Below are positions 17,589 to 23,764 of a DNA stretch of 46,323 nt, piece by piece. Source of the stretch: a virus (lineage: Duplodnaviria > Caudoviricetes); the IMG/VR virus record IMGVR_UViG_3300012347_000178, positions 1 through 46,323 of that record. One strand, given 5' to 3'. The notes beneath the pieces were generated by a model that was given only the letters and a program-made list of their open reading frames with translations, was not told the DNA's origin and searched no databases. Positions within the stretch are counted from its first letter, which is position 1; every line of letters starts with the position of its first letter. The position numbers and the translations under genes are program-made.

Positions 17589-17857
17589 ACTTTCACCCTC
17601 TTGTTAGAACGTGCTGCACGGGCCTTCTCAGCGTTGGCACGGCGCACTTGATATGTTGCTTCATACTTTGCCACTGCATCATCAGCAAAGGTTTTAGCTT
17701 TCATCCGAGCCTCATGCTCTGTGTCACCAGAGAAGAGCACAGGGTACACATGGAACGGCTCATACTTGGCAATGAAAGCTGGACCAGACTGACCAGATAC
17801 TTTCTGATAGACAATCACTGACAAGTCACGCATCGGGTGTTGGTATTGCTCAGTCAC
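17585..17857 (-). CDS. Hypothetical protein
   Basis: GTG start with AGGA SD; coupled ORF. Confidence 0.65.
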   Translation of the reverse strand: MTEQYQHPMRDLSVIVYQKVSGQSGPAFIAKYEPFHVYPVLFSGDTEHEARMKAKTFADDAVAKYEATYQVRRANAEKARAARSNKRVKV

Positions 17858-18044
17858 TCGAGATTTCCTTTAGTGGTCTGCGATTATGGATGAATAGCAC
17901 ACTAGCTACCCACTTTGCAACAACTAAGTCAGGCACACCTTTGAAAACAAAACAACCAATCTTGAAGTTGACTGGACCAACAACAATCTTTTGATAGGGT
18001 AGGAAGTGCGAACATTCCCCCAAACTATTGATGTAAAGGGTCAT
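17850..18044 (-). CDS. Hypothetical protein
   Basis: Coupled ORF. Confidence 0.55.
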   Translation of the reverse strand: MTLYINSLGECSHFLPYQKIVVGPVNFKIGCFVFKGVPDLVVAKWVASVLFIHNRRPLKEISSD

Positions 18045-18209
18045 TGCATTTCCTTTTCAATCTCTGCTAGTGTAGTGCGGAAGTCGTTTAGGACACCTTC
18101 ATCGTTTGGATGCCACAGTGCTTTTCTAAGGATAGGGAGCGCCCAAGACATTTCCTCCACCGCCTTGGCAAGCATCCCGCAGCCGTGTGATCAGTTCTTC
18201 GTCGGTCAT
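18041..18209 (-). pseudogene. Frameshifted or internally deleted small gene (MTDEELITRLRD / LAKAVEEM...RTTLAEIEKEMQ)
   Basis: 169 nt between the coupled start and the coupled stop, not a multiple of 3; the two halves are in different frames. Confidence 0.45.
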
Positions 18210-18427
18210 AGCAACACCTCCACTTCTGCTTCTGTTTCGATCCAGACCTTAGCGCCACATGACAGCGGCTTATCTGGGCTATAGACTACCCTGCTTGGAC
18301 CAAGGATGTTCACGCCATAGCACAACGTATTGTCCTTGTAGGTCTTCACAGACAGAGGCGGCAACTTTTCATCTGATGTTTTGTTGGCTCTGATCGTGTG
18401 TTGGTTTACATGGATGCGTTTCAACAT
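18206..18427 (-). CDS. Conserved small phage protein
   Basis: RIHVNQHTIRAN..GPSRVVYSPDKPLSCGAKVWIET. Confidence 0.75.
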   Translation of the reverse strand: MLKRIHVNQHTIRANKTSDEKLPPLSVKTYKDNTLCYGVNILGPSRVVYSPDKPLSCGAKVWIETEAEVEVLL

Positions 18428-18591
18428 GCTCTGTTCTCCCATCAAGAACCAAAGACCCATACGCGATGCGTCCCGGATCGTATTTCAGCTTCCCAATCTC
18501 TAATCATATCTGACCAGTTATCATAACAAGCCTCTGTAAAACACCTGTCAGCCGTGACAACCACATATCTTCGCATCTTCACTTCCTATTC

Positions 18592-18620
18592 TAGATATAC
18601 CATGTCAGTGATTCGTGCAA
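18592..18620 (-). promoter_or_regulatory. Class-1 early promoter TTGCAC-gaatcactgacatggta-TATCTA
   Basis: 17-bp spacer; ACGAATCAC overlaps the -35. Confidence 0.6.
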
Positions 18621-18629
18621 GGTTTATCT

Positions 18630-18814
18630 TCATTTCAAATCCTCTGCCATAGCTGCAAACATTGGTGCCATTATCACACCAACAGTCCACACCACTGCAA
18701 CCATCCCCCCCTTACTTCCATAGTCCAGTTGAGGAAGTTTACATCACCAACAACGAAAGCACCAAGGCCATAGCATACAGCAGTCAGTATCAAGATGATC
18801 TTTGCGTATTTCAA
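18630..18814 (-). pseudogene. Small two-TM membrane gene interrupted at a G7 tract
   Basis: TTG start coupled to the upstream stop; one extra G at 18705-18711 would give a 61-aa protein ending just before the next promoter. Confidence 0.4.
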
Positions 18815-18993
18815 TTCAAACCCCTCTTGTAGCGGATTTCCAACAACAACTCTAGCAGCTTGTCACAGTCTTTTTTTAAGAGGTCGCTAAAGTAGTCATT
18901 GTCAGTGAAGTATGCTTTCATGGCACCTTCATAGCAACCACGCAACTCACCCAACAGTTTCAGTTCTTCGTCCTTGGTGAACTTGTTAGCCAT
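18811..18993 (-). CDS. Hypothetical protein
   Basis: TAATG-coupled ORF. Confidence 0.65.
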   Translation of the reverse strand: MANKFTKDEELKLLGELRGCYEGAMKAYFTDNDYFSDLLKKDCDKLLELLLEIRYKRGLN

Positions 18994-19175
18994 TATTCTA
19001 CTGCCTCTCCAAGAATGTCCTTAGCCACAACATTGACAGCCGACACGAACAGCCTAATCATGTCTTCGGTAACATAGATGATGTCGTCGTCTTGAGTGAT
19101 TACCAACCCACCAAACCTGCTACTTTCAACTACAATACCTTGGTCATAGTTCAGGTTTTCGATCTTGATCTTCAT
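18993..19175 (-). CDS. Hypothetical protein
   Basis: AAGGA SD before MKIKIE; first gene after the 19210-19238 promoter. Confidence 0.65.
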   Translation of the reverse strand: MKIKIENLNYDQGIVVESSRFGGLVITQDDDIIYVTEDMIRLFVSAVNVVAKDILGEAVE

Positions 19176-19209
19176 TTGTTGTTCCTTCTCTGTTACTTGC
19201 TTGAGTGTC

Positions 19210-19238
19210 TGTTTAGAGTGATTCGTTCTGCTTGTCAA
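19210..19238 (-). promoter_or_regulatory. Class-1 early promoter TTGACA-agcagaACGAATCACtc-TAAACA
   Basis: 17-bp spacer containing TGATTCG. Confidence 0.8.
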
Positions 19239-19417
19239 GTCCCTTCAAAGTCAATCTACAGATCGTTACTCGATCCAACACTGGCTGTCTTGTAGTTTAC
19301 CACAACAAACGCAGTAGGTGATATAGACAGAGTAGTAGAAGCCTTCCTCTGTCAGAAGCGCATCCTTGAATTGGCTTCTTACCCTGTTTTCTATAACCTT
19401 GCAGCACTCATTCACCT

Positions 19418-19582
19418 TCATTTACCCCCCATTTCCCGATACTCTTGTTCCTTCTTCAACCGCTCTTGATACCCTTTTGGTCCCTCACACCACGCTTTCC
19501 AACGTGCTTTCTCAATAGCGCAACCATCTTGTTGCCAGATCAATGCAGCATGTTTGGTGAACATGTCTTCTTCGGTTTCCAT
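19418..19582 (-). CDS. Hypothetical protein
   Basis: GGAG SD before METEEDM. Confidence 0.6.
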   Translation of the reverse strand: METEEDMFTKHAALIWQQDGCAIEKARWKAWCEGPKGYQERLKKEQEYREMGGK

Positions 19583-19583
19583 A

Positions 19584-19769
19584 TCACTTCTCCACATAAA
19601 GTTCAGCCGTTTTACGCATGATCCAACGAACCTTACCAGTATTAGGTCCAGAGTAACATTCAACAAGAGACTCACTTGGATACTGAGAGTGAGTGTTTTT
19701 GTAGTCAACATCACGGATGATGTATTCGTTCATCTTATCTTTCAAGATAGTCCCAACGATCAAGTTCAT
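19584..19769 (-). CDS. Hypothetical protein
   Basis: GGAG SD before MNLIVG; first gene after the 19796-19824 promoter. Confidence 0.6.
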   Translation of the reverse strand: MNLIVGTILKDKMNEYIIRDVDYKNTHSQYPSESLVECYSGPNTGKVRWIMRKTAELYVEK

Positions 19770-19795
19770 GTCTCTCTCCGTTTCGTCTTGCATCT

Positions 19796-19824
19796 TACTT
19801 AGAGTGATTCGTTGTCGTTGTCAA
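19796..19824 (-). promoter_or_regulatory. Class-1 early promoter TTGACA-acgacaACGAATCACtc-TAAGTA
   Basis: 17-bp spacer containing TGATTCG. Confidence 0.8.
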
Positions 19825-19828
19825 GCAC

Positions 19829-19950
19829 TTTCCATCGTGGGGTTGACGATCATTTCCACTACAGCCCCTTGAGCATTTCTCTCGATACCCTCTGATCATT
19901 TTCCACTACAGGGGTCTTTCACAAAAGCGAACAATTTCCACTCCGGGGGT
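19829..19950 (+). repeat. Short repeat array TTTCCACT(A/C)C(A/G)G(GGG)
   Basis: Copies at about 19853, 19900 and 19935, with a degenerate copy at 19829. Confidence 0.7.
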
Positions 19951-19985
19951 CCAGCTTGATTCCACCATAAATACCCGACCCAACT

Positions 19986-20184
19986 AATCGTGATTACGAC
20001 GATGTTAATACCCTTAACACGGTCGATGTAGTCGTGATTATTTAGTTGCGTGAAACATCCGTGAAACAGAATTTAATTAATGGTTGTTTCACGCTTGTTT
20101 CACGCAATAAAATTACGTTTAAGGTTAAACCTTGCCGCATCGCAGAATGCTAATTGCTACATCGCGGCATAGTTTAACGTTGAA
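19986..20184. repeat. Three consecutive long inverted repeats (19986-20040, 20046-20107, 20116-20184)
   Basis: Pairing checked by hand; non-coding AT-rich region. Confidence 0.8.
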
Positions 20185-20304
20185 CTATCTATAGTATAGC
20201 AGGTATAGGTGTGTCCAATATGTCACACAATTACATACGCGCAGCCTCGGTGTTTTTTGCGAACGCCTAAGCGCCCCTGCCGGGCTTTCCCCGGTTCTGA
20301 ATTG

Positions 20305-20333
20305 TATATAGACCGATTCGCTTGTCTTTGCAA
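20305..20333 (-). promoter_or_regulatory. Class-1-like promoter TTGCAA-agacaagCGAATCGgtc-TATATA
   Basis: 17-bp spacer; CGATTCG at the same offset from the -10 as in the other class-1 promoters. Confidence 0.6.
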
Positions 20334-20572
20334 GCCCTATTCTGCTTTTCTTGCCCTATACTTATATAGTCAAATTTTTTGCGAGATAGCTGTTTTTCCG
20401 CTTGGCGAATCGGAATCGGTATGCGATACATAATACATCGAAAGACAGGAACGAACCCCCTGCCCCTAGGGTAACAAAGGTTCAAGGTTGCTAGTTGCTT
20501 TCAAATACTAGCTAAGGCGCGACAGATAGCGTCAAAGGAATATAAGGAAAGCGAAACAAGGAACAAACCAGA

Positions 20573-20650
20573 ATGATTAGACAAGCTATCAAAGACTCCA
20601 TCGGGCTTGCCGCTATCTTGTCAGTCTGCTATCTTGTTTATATAGCGTAG
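20573..20650 (+). CDS. Tiny hydrophobic peptide, 25 aa
   Basis: AAGGA SD; MIRQAIKDSIGLAAILSVCYLVYIA. Confidence 0.45.
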   Translation: MIRQAIKDSIGLAAILSVCYLVYIA

Positions 20651-20710
20651 CTATTCTAGTCGCTGCGCGACCATCCTGTAATCGAATCAACCGGAATAAA
20701 GGATCAACCC

Positions 20711-20935
20711 ATGCGCCTCTTTCTTATCGTTGCCGCCAAGCCCTTGAATGACGGAACCAAAGGATTCCGTTTCAATATCTTCGGACAGAAAGGTTTGGTC
20801 CGCCTTCGCAAGCGCAAGTCTAACGGTTTCAACGTCAAAGCCGATAGCTGCATGACGCGCGTAAATATGGGGCGCTTGTCGGTTTACTTTGAGCATGGCG
20901 CGACGATTCGTCGCTTGCGTCACTTCGCGGGCTAA
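20711..20935 (+). CDS. Small basic hypothetical protein (candidate pre-early gene)
   Basis: AAAGGA SD; Arg/Lys-rich 74 aa. Confidence 0.7.
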   Translation: MRLFLIVAAKPLNDGTKGFRFNIFGQKGLVRLRKRKSNGFNVKADSCMTRVNMGRLSVYFEHGATIRRLRHFAG

Positions 20936-20979
20936 CTGTCAACTACAATCAACTAACATATACCAAAGGATACCACACC

Positions 20980-21144
20980 ATGCAAAAGACCTATGGACTC
21001 GCTGTTGAAAAGGTTTACGGCCTTACTTTGCTCAAATTGCCGCTTATGACCTTGACAGAGGCAAAAGCAGCCCGCCGTAAGGTGAAAAGTCTGGCAACGA
21101 TTCGCGGAATCAATGTCGTTATCGTCAACCGTCACGCACAATAG
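20980..21144 (+). CDS. Hypothetical protein, 54 aa
   Basis: Read manually; AAAGGA SD (MQKTYGLAVEKVYGL...). Confidence 0.6.
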   Translation: MQKTYGLAVEKVYGLTLLKLPLMTLTEAKAARRKVKSLATIRGINVVIVNRHAQ

Positions 21145-21157
21145 AAAGGGATTGTCA

Positions 21158-21838
21158 ATGTCTTTTCTTGTCCATCTGACTCCTGCATCGCGCAACGTCA
21201 AGACAGGTCCTATTCCTGTCAGCACCACAAGCGCGATTACTTGCCCTACCTCATGCCCGTTTAACAATGGCAATGGATGCTATGCGGCGTCAGGTCCACT
21301 CGCAATCCATTGGCGCAAAGTGACCAAAGGTGATAGGGGCGATACATGGGAAAACTTCCTGCCAAAAATTGCAGCTTTGCCCAATAACCAATTGTGGCGA
21401 ATGAATGCCGCCGGTGACTTGCCCGGCGAAGGCGATTGTCTGGACACAGTAGCACTAGGTCAGTTAGTGCAAGCTAACAAAGGGAAGCGGGGGTTCACCT
21501 ATACGCACAAACCGCTTGATACGCCCCATGAAAGGCTGGCTGTGGCACATGCCAACAACAACGGCTTTGCAGTCAACCTATCTGCTAACACTCTAGAACA
21601 TGCCGACAAGTTAGCAGATATGGCGATTGCACCTGTAACTGTGGTCCTACCTCATGACGCCACAGAGAACGTTACAACGCCCGCAGGACGCAAGGTGGTG
21701 GTCTGTCCAGCAACGCAACGCGATGACGTATCGTGCGCCACATGTGGCCTATGTGCTGTAATCAAGCGCGATTGCATTGTGGGCTTTCCTGCACATGGGA
21801 CGTTTAAACGCAAAGCAGACGCCATTGCCAAAGGATAA
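21158..21838 (+). CDS. Cys-rich, probable Fe-S/radical-SAM-like phage protein (gp88-like)
   Basis: KTGPIPV, TCPTSCP..GCYA, AGD, FTYTH, NLSA, CPA..SCATCGLC, GFPAHG. Confidence 0.65.
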   Translation: MSFLVHLTPASRNVKTGPIPVSTTSAITCPTSCPFNNGNGCYAASGPLAIHWRKVTKGDRGDTWENFLPKIAALPNNQLWRMNAAGDLPGEGDCLDTVALGQLVQANKGKRGFTYTHKPLDTPHERLAVAHANNNGFAVNLSANTLEHADKLADMAIAPVTVVLPHDATENVTTPAGRKVVVCPATQRDDVSCATCGLCAVIKRDCIVGFPAHGTFKRKADAIAKG

Positions 21839-21842
21839 CAGA

Positions 21843-21971
21843 ATGTTCGCAAGATGGACGGATGACATGATCAAGGATTACTTTGACACACATTGGAACG
21901 TGACACTACATCAAATCTGCGCCTTGTCAGGTAGAAGTATGGCGGATGTGAAACGGGTATTGATGGGATAG
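21843..21971 (+). CDS. Small HTH-like protein, 42 aa
   Basis: AAAGGA SD; TLHQICALSGRSMADVKRVL helix-turn-helix pattern. Confidence 0.55.
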   Translation: MFARWTDDMIKDYFDTHWNVTLHQICALSGRSMADVKRVLMG

Positions 21972-22399
21972 GCTTTCCCCATACCAAAGGATAGGTCCGA
22001 TTCGGTTGGTTCCGAGTCGGGCTTTCCCCATAGAGTCAAGGGGATAAGGTGTGAGATTGTTTGTTGTTGTGACATATTTGTCGCATTGTATCGTGTGCGA
22101 TTGATTCTCTCAAGGCTTGGCGATTCGCCTCTCTGCCTCAAGAATTTACGCCAATGTCAACAGAATTATTTTCCTAACGCATTGATTTTCCTCTTGACTA
22201 TCCGATAGTATGGGACCCCCTACAAAAGTATGTATGATTCGCAGGGGTTCGGGTAACCACCTACTAAGCCTAAACAAAAAATTCACTTCGCAACTACAAA
22301 TTGTGAAGAATCTGCTTGAAAAAGGGGGTGGGGGTGTGCTACAAGTAGCTTCTTAAACGTCACCCCAAAAATTTACAAAAAAATATTTTGCATCAGCCC

Positions 22400-22428
22400 T
22401 TGACAAGAACCAACAATACACCTACTTA
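22400..22428 (+). promoter_or_regulatory. Class-2 promoter TTGACA-agaaccaacaatacacc-TACTTA
   Basis: 17-bp conserved spacer with an A-tract upstream. Confidence 0.75.
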
Positions 22429-22466
22429 CTATAAGCAATCCTCCGCCACCCTTCCCTATATACATA

Positions 22467-22520
22467 TCTACTACAGAGAACCTACTACAGAGAATGTACT
22501 ACAGGGAATATACTACAGAT
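22467..22520 (+). repeat. Tandem 14-bp iteron-like array with TACTACAG core, 4 units (fifth core at 22596)
   Basis: TACTACAG at 22469, 22483, 22497 and 22511, exact 14-bp period. Confidence 0.9.
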
Positions 22521-22631
22521 ACTTACTAGACGGTAGAGATAGACTACTATAAGAGATAGAGATACTAGAAGTATGTACTTCAAGTAACCATAGACTACTA
22601 CAGAAGATAGACCTTTACCTTAAGGAACACT

Positions 22632-23159
22632 ATGACCTACAAGAACTACACTCTTGATGAACTAAGGACTATCCTTGACTACAATAAAGAGACTGGTGTG
22701 TTTAAGAGTAGGATTAGTGGTAAGGAACTGATTGATAGGACGTACTCCTATAGGGATGTGAAGACCAAGAAGGTAGTCAACTTCCAACTAGCTAGAGTAG
22801 CCTATATGTTGGGTAGTAATGAGTACCTTGGGGAGAAAGATAGGGTCACATACAAGGATGGTGATGTCTATAATCTGAAGTATGACAATCTTGTTGTTGT
22901 TCCTTACAATGAAGTGTACCTTCGTAAGCATAATAGCCTCAAGAATACATACCTTGAGACAGAAGAAGATCACATCTTTGTTGGTACAATGAGTGGATTG
23001 TTTGTTGTTAGAAGGGATACCCATCAGGCCATCTATAGAACCTATGACAAAGAAGAAGCTATTGCTGTTAGGGATAGGTGGTTGGAATCTGGTAAAACTC
23101 TGCATGAAAATGATGATTTCTGTCCAAAATGGTATCGCGAAGCGATCAAATCGATGTAA
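22632..23159 (+). CDS. Degenerate HNH-endonuclease-derived protein, probably DNA-binding
   Basis: LDYNKETGVF N-terminus and ARVAY..RVTYKDGDVYNLKYDNL align to phage HNH_3 but lack the catalytic His; TAAGGA SD. Confidence 0.6.
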   Translation: MTYKNYTLDELRTILDYNKETGVFKSRISGKELIDRTYSYRDVKTKKVVNFQLARVAYMLGSNEYLGEKDRVTYKDGDVYNLKYDNLVVVPYNEVYLRKHNSLKNTYLETEEDHIFVGTMSGLFVVRRDTHQAIYRTYDKEEAIAVRDRWLESGKTLHENDDFCPKWYREAIKSM

Positions 23160-23225
23160 TCGACATCAAAATCTAAGGGATTGAAGATTTTTTGTTAATT
23201 TGTTGTATTTTTATCTCACTACCCC

Positions 23226-23254
23226 TTGACAAGAACCAACAATACAACTATATA
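23226..23254 (+). promoter_or_regulatory. Class-2 promoter TTGACA-agaaccaacaatacaac-TATATA heading the RNA/tRNA/packaging operon
   Basis: 17-bp conserved spacer. Confidence 0.8.
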
Positions 23255-23261
23255 CCACTCC

Positions 23262-23333
23262 ACAAGCAGCAACCATCGCTTTTCCCCAAGATATGCTTTG
23301 TGTGCGATTATTGCTGATGCCGATGCTGCTTGT
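23262..23333 (+). ncRNA. Candidate small structured RNA
   Basis: 10-bp perfect closing stem ACAAGCAGCA/TGCTGCTTGT starting at the predicted +1, followed by a U-rich stretch. Confidence 0.4.
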
Positions 23334-23405
23334 TTCTTATCTAGTTCTCTTCTTGTTGTTGACAAGACCTTCTACGCCTTCTGGAAAGTTAGAAATCATC
23401 GCTAA

Positions 23406-23503
23406 CTGTAAACCCAAGCGCACCCTTGAAGGTTACTACGAAGGACCAGACGTTGTAAGCTGGACTTCTTCTACTTTGGGTAACTCCCATTCTAGGTTTA
23501 CGG
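23406..23503 (+). ncRNA. Candidate structured RNA (nested stems) upstream of the tRNAs
   Basis: CTGTAAACC/GGTTTACGG, GTTACT/GGTAAC, GAAG/CTTC, CCAG/CTGG. Confidence 0.35.
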
Positions 23504-23549
23504 GTAATCCTTGGTCTGCGTAGCGGGTCAGAAAACCTGTCCAAATTCT

Positions 23550-23623
23550 ATGGGTGATGCAGTGGGACTGCCGCTGGCCTCCAAGACCAAGCTGTTAGGG
23601 TTCGACTCCCTACACCTATGCCA
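23550..23623 (+). tRNA. trnW: tRNA-Trp(CCA), atypical
   Basis: Acceptor ATGGGTG/CACCTAT, G73, encoded CCA end; T-arm TAGGG-TTCGACT-CCCTA; loop CT-CCA-AG; anticodon stem has two C.A mismatches. Confidence 0.7.
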
Positions 23624-23636
23624 ATTTCCCCGATAC

Positions 23637-23711
23637 GCTGATGTGGCTCAACGGTAGAGCAACTGCCTTGTAAGCAGTAGGTTGTGGGTTCGACTCCTAC
23701 CATCAGCACCA
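23637..23711 (+). tRNA. trnT: tRNA-Thr(TGT)
   Basis: Canonical cloverleaf: GCTGATG/CATCAGC, ACTGC-CTTGTAA-GCAGT, GTTCGA, ACCA end. Confidence 0.95.
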
Positions 23712-23764
23712 GTTGTTGTTACAAATGCTCGGACAAGAGCAATCATAGTCTGAGGTTTAGAAAC

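Noticed and set aside
19829-19950. Mini-CRISPR array (also considered for 22467-22520)
   Set aside because: Repeats are too short and degenerate, spacers are absent or irregular, and there are no cas genes
20006-20019. TTAA-taccc-TTAAC as a CtrA box
   Set aside because: Spacer is 5 nt rather than 7; better explained as the inner stem of the hairpin
23293-23523. 76-aa ORF, or a tmRNA tag reading frame (ANCKPK...)
   Set aside because: No SD and it overlaps predicted RNA stems; no tmRNA acceptor/T-arm ends or Ala-Ala-stop tag ending found
23684-23764. N-terminal extension of TerS given by the ORF track
   Set aside because: It overlaps tRNA-Thr; the ATG at 23765 has an SD
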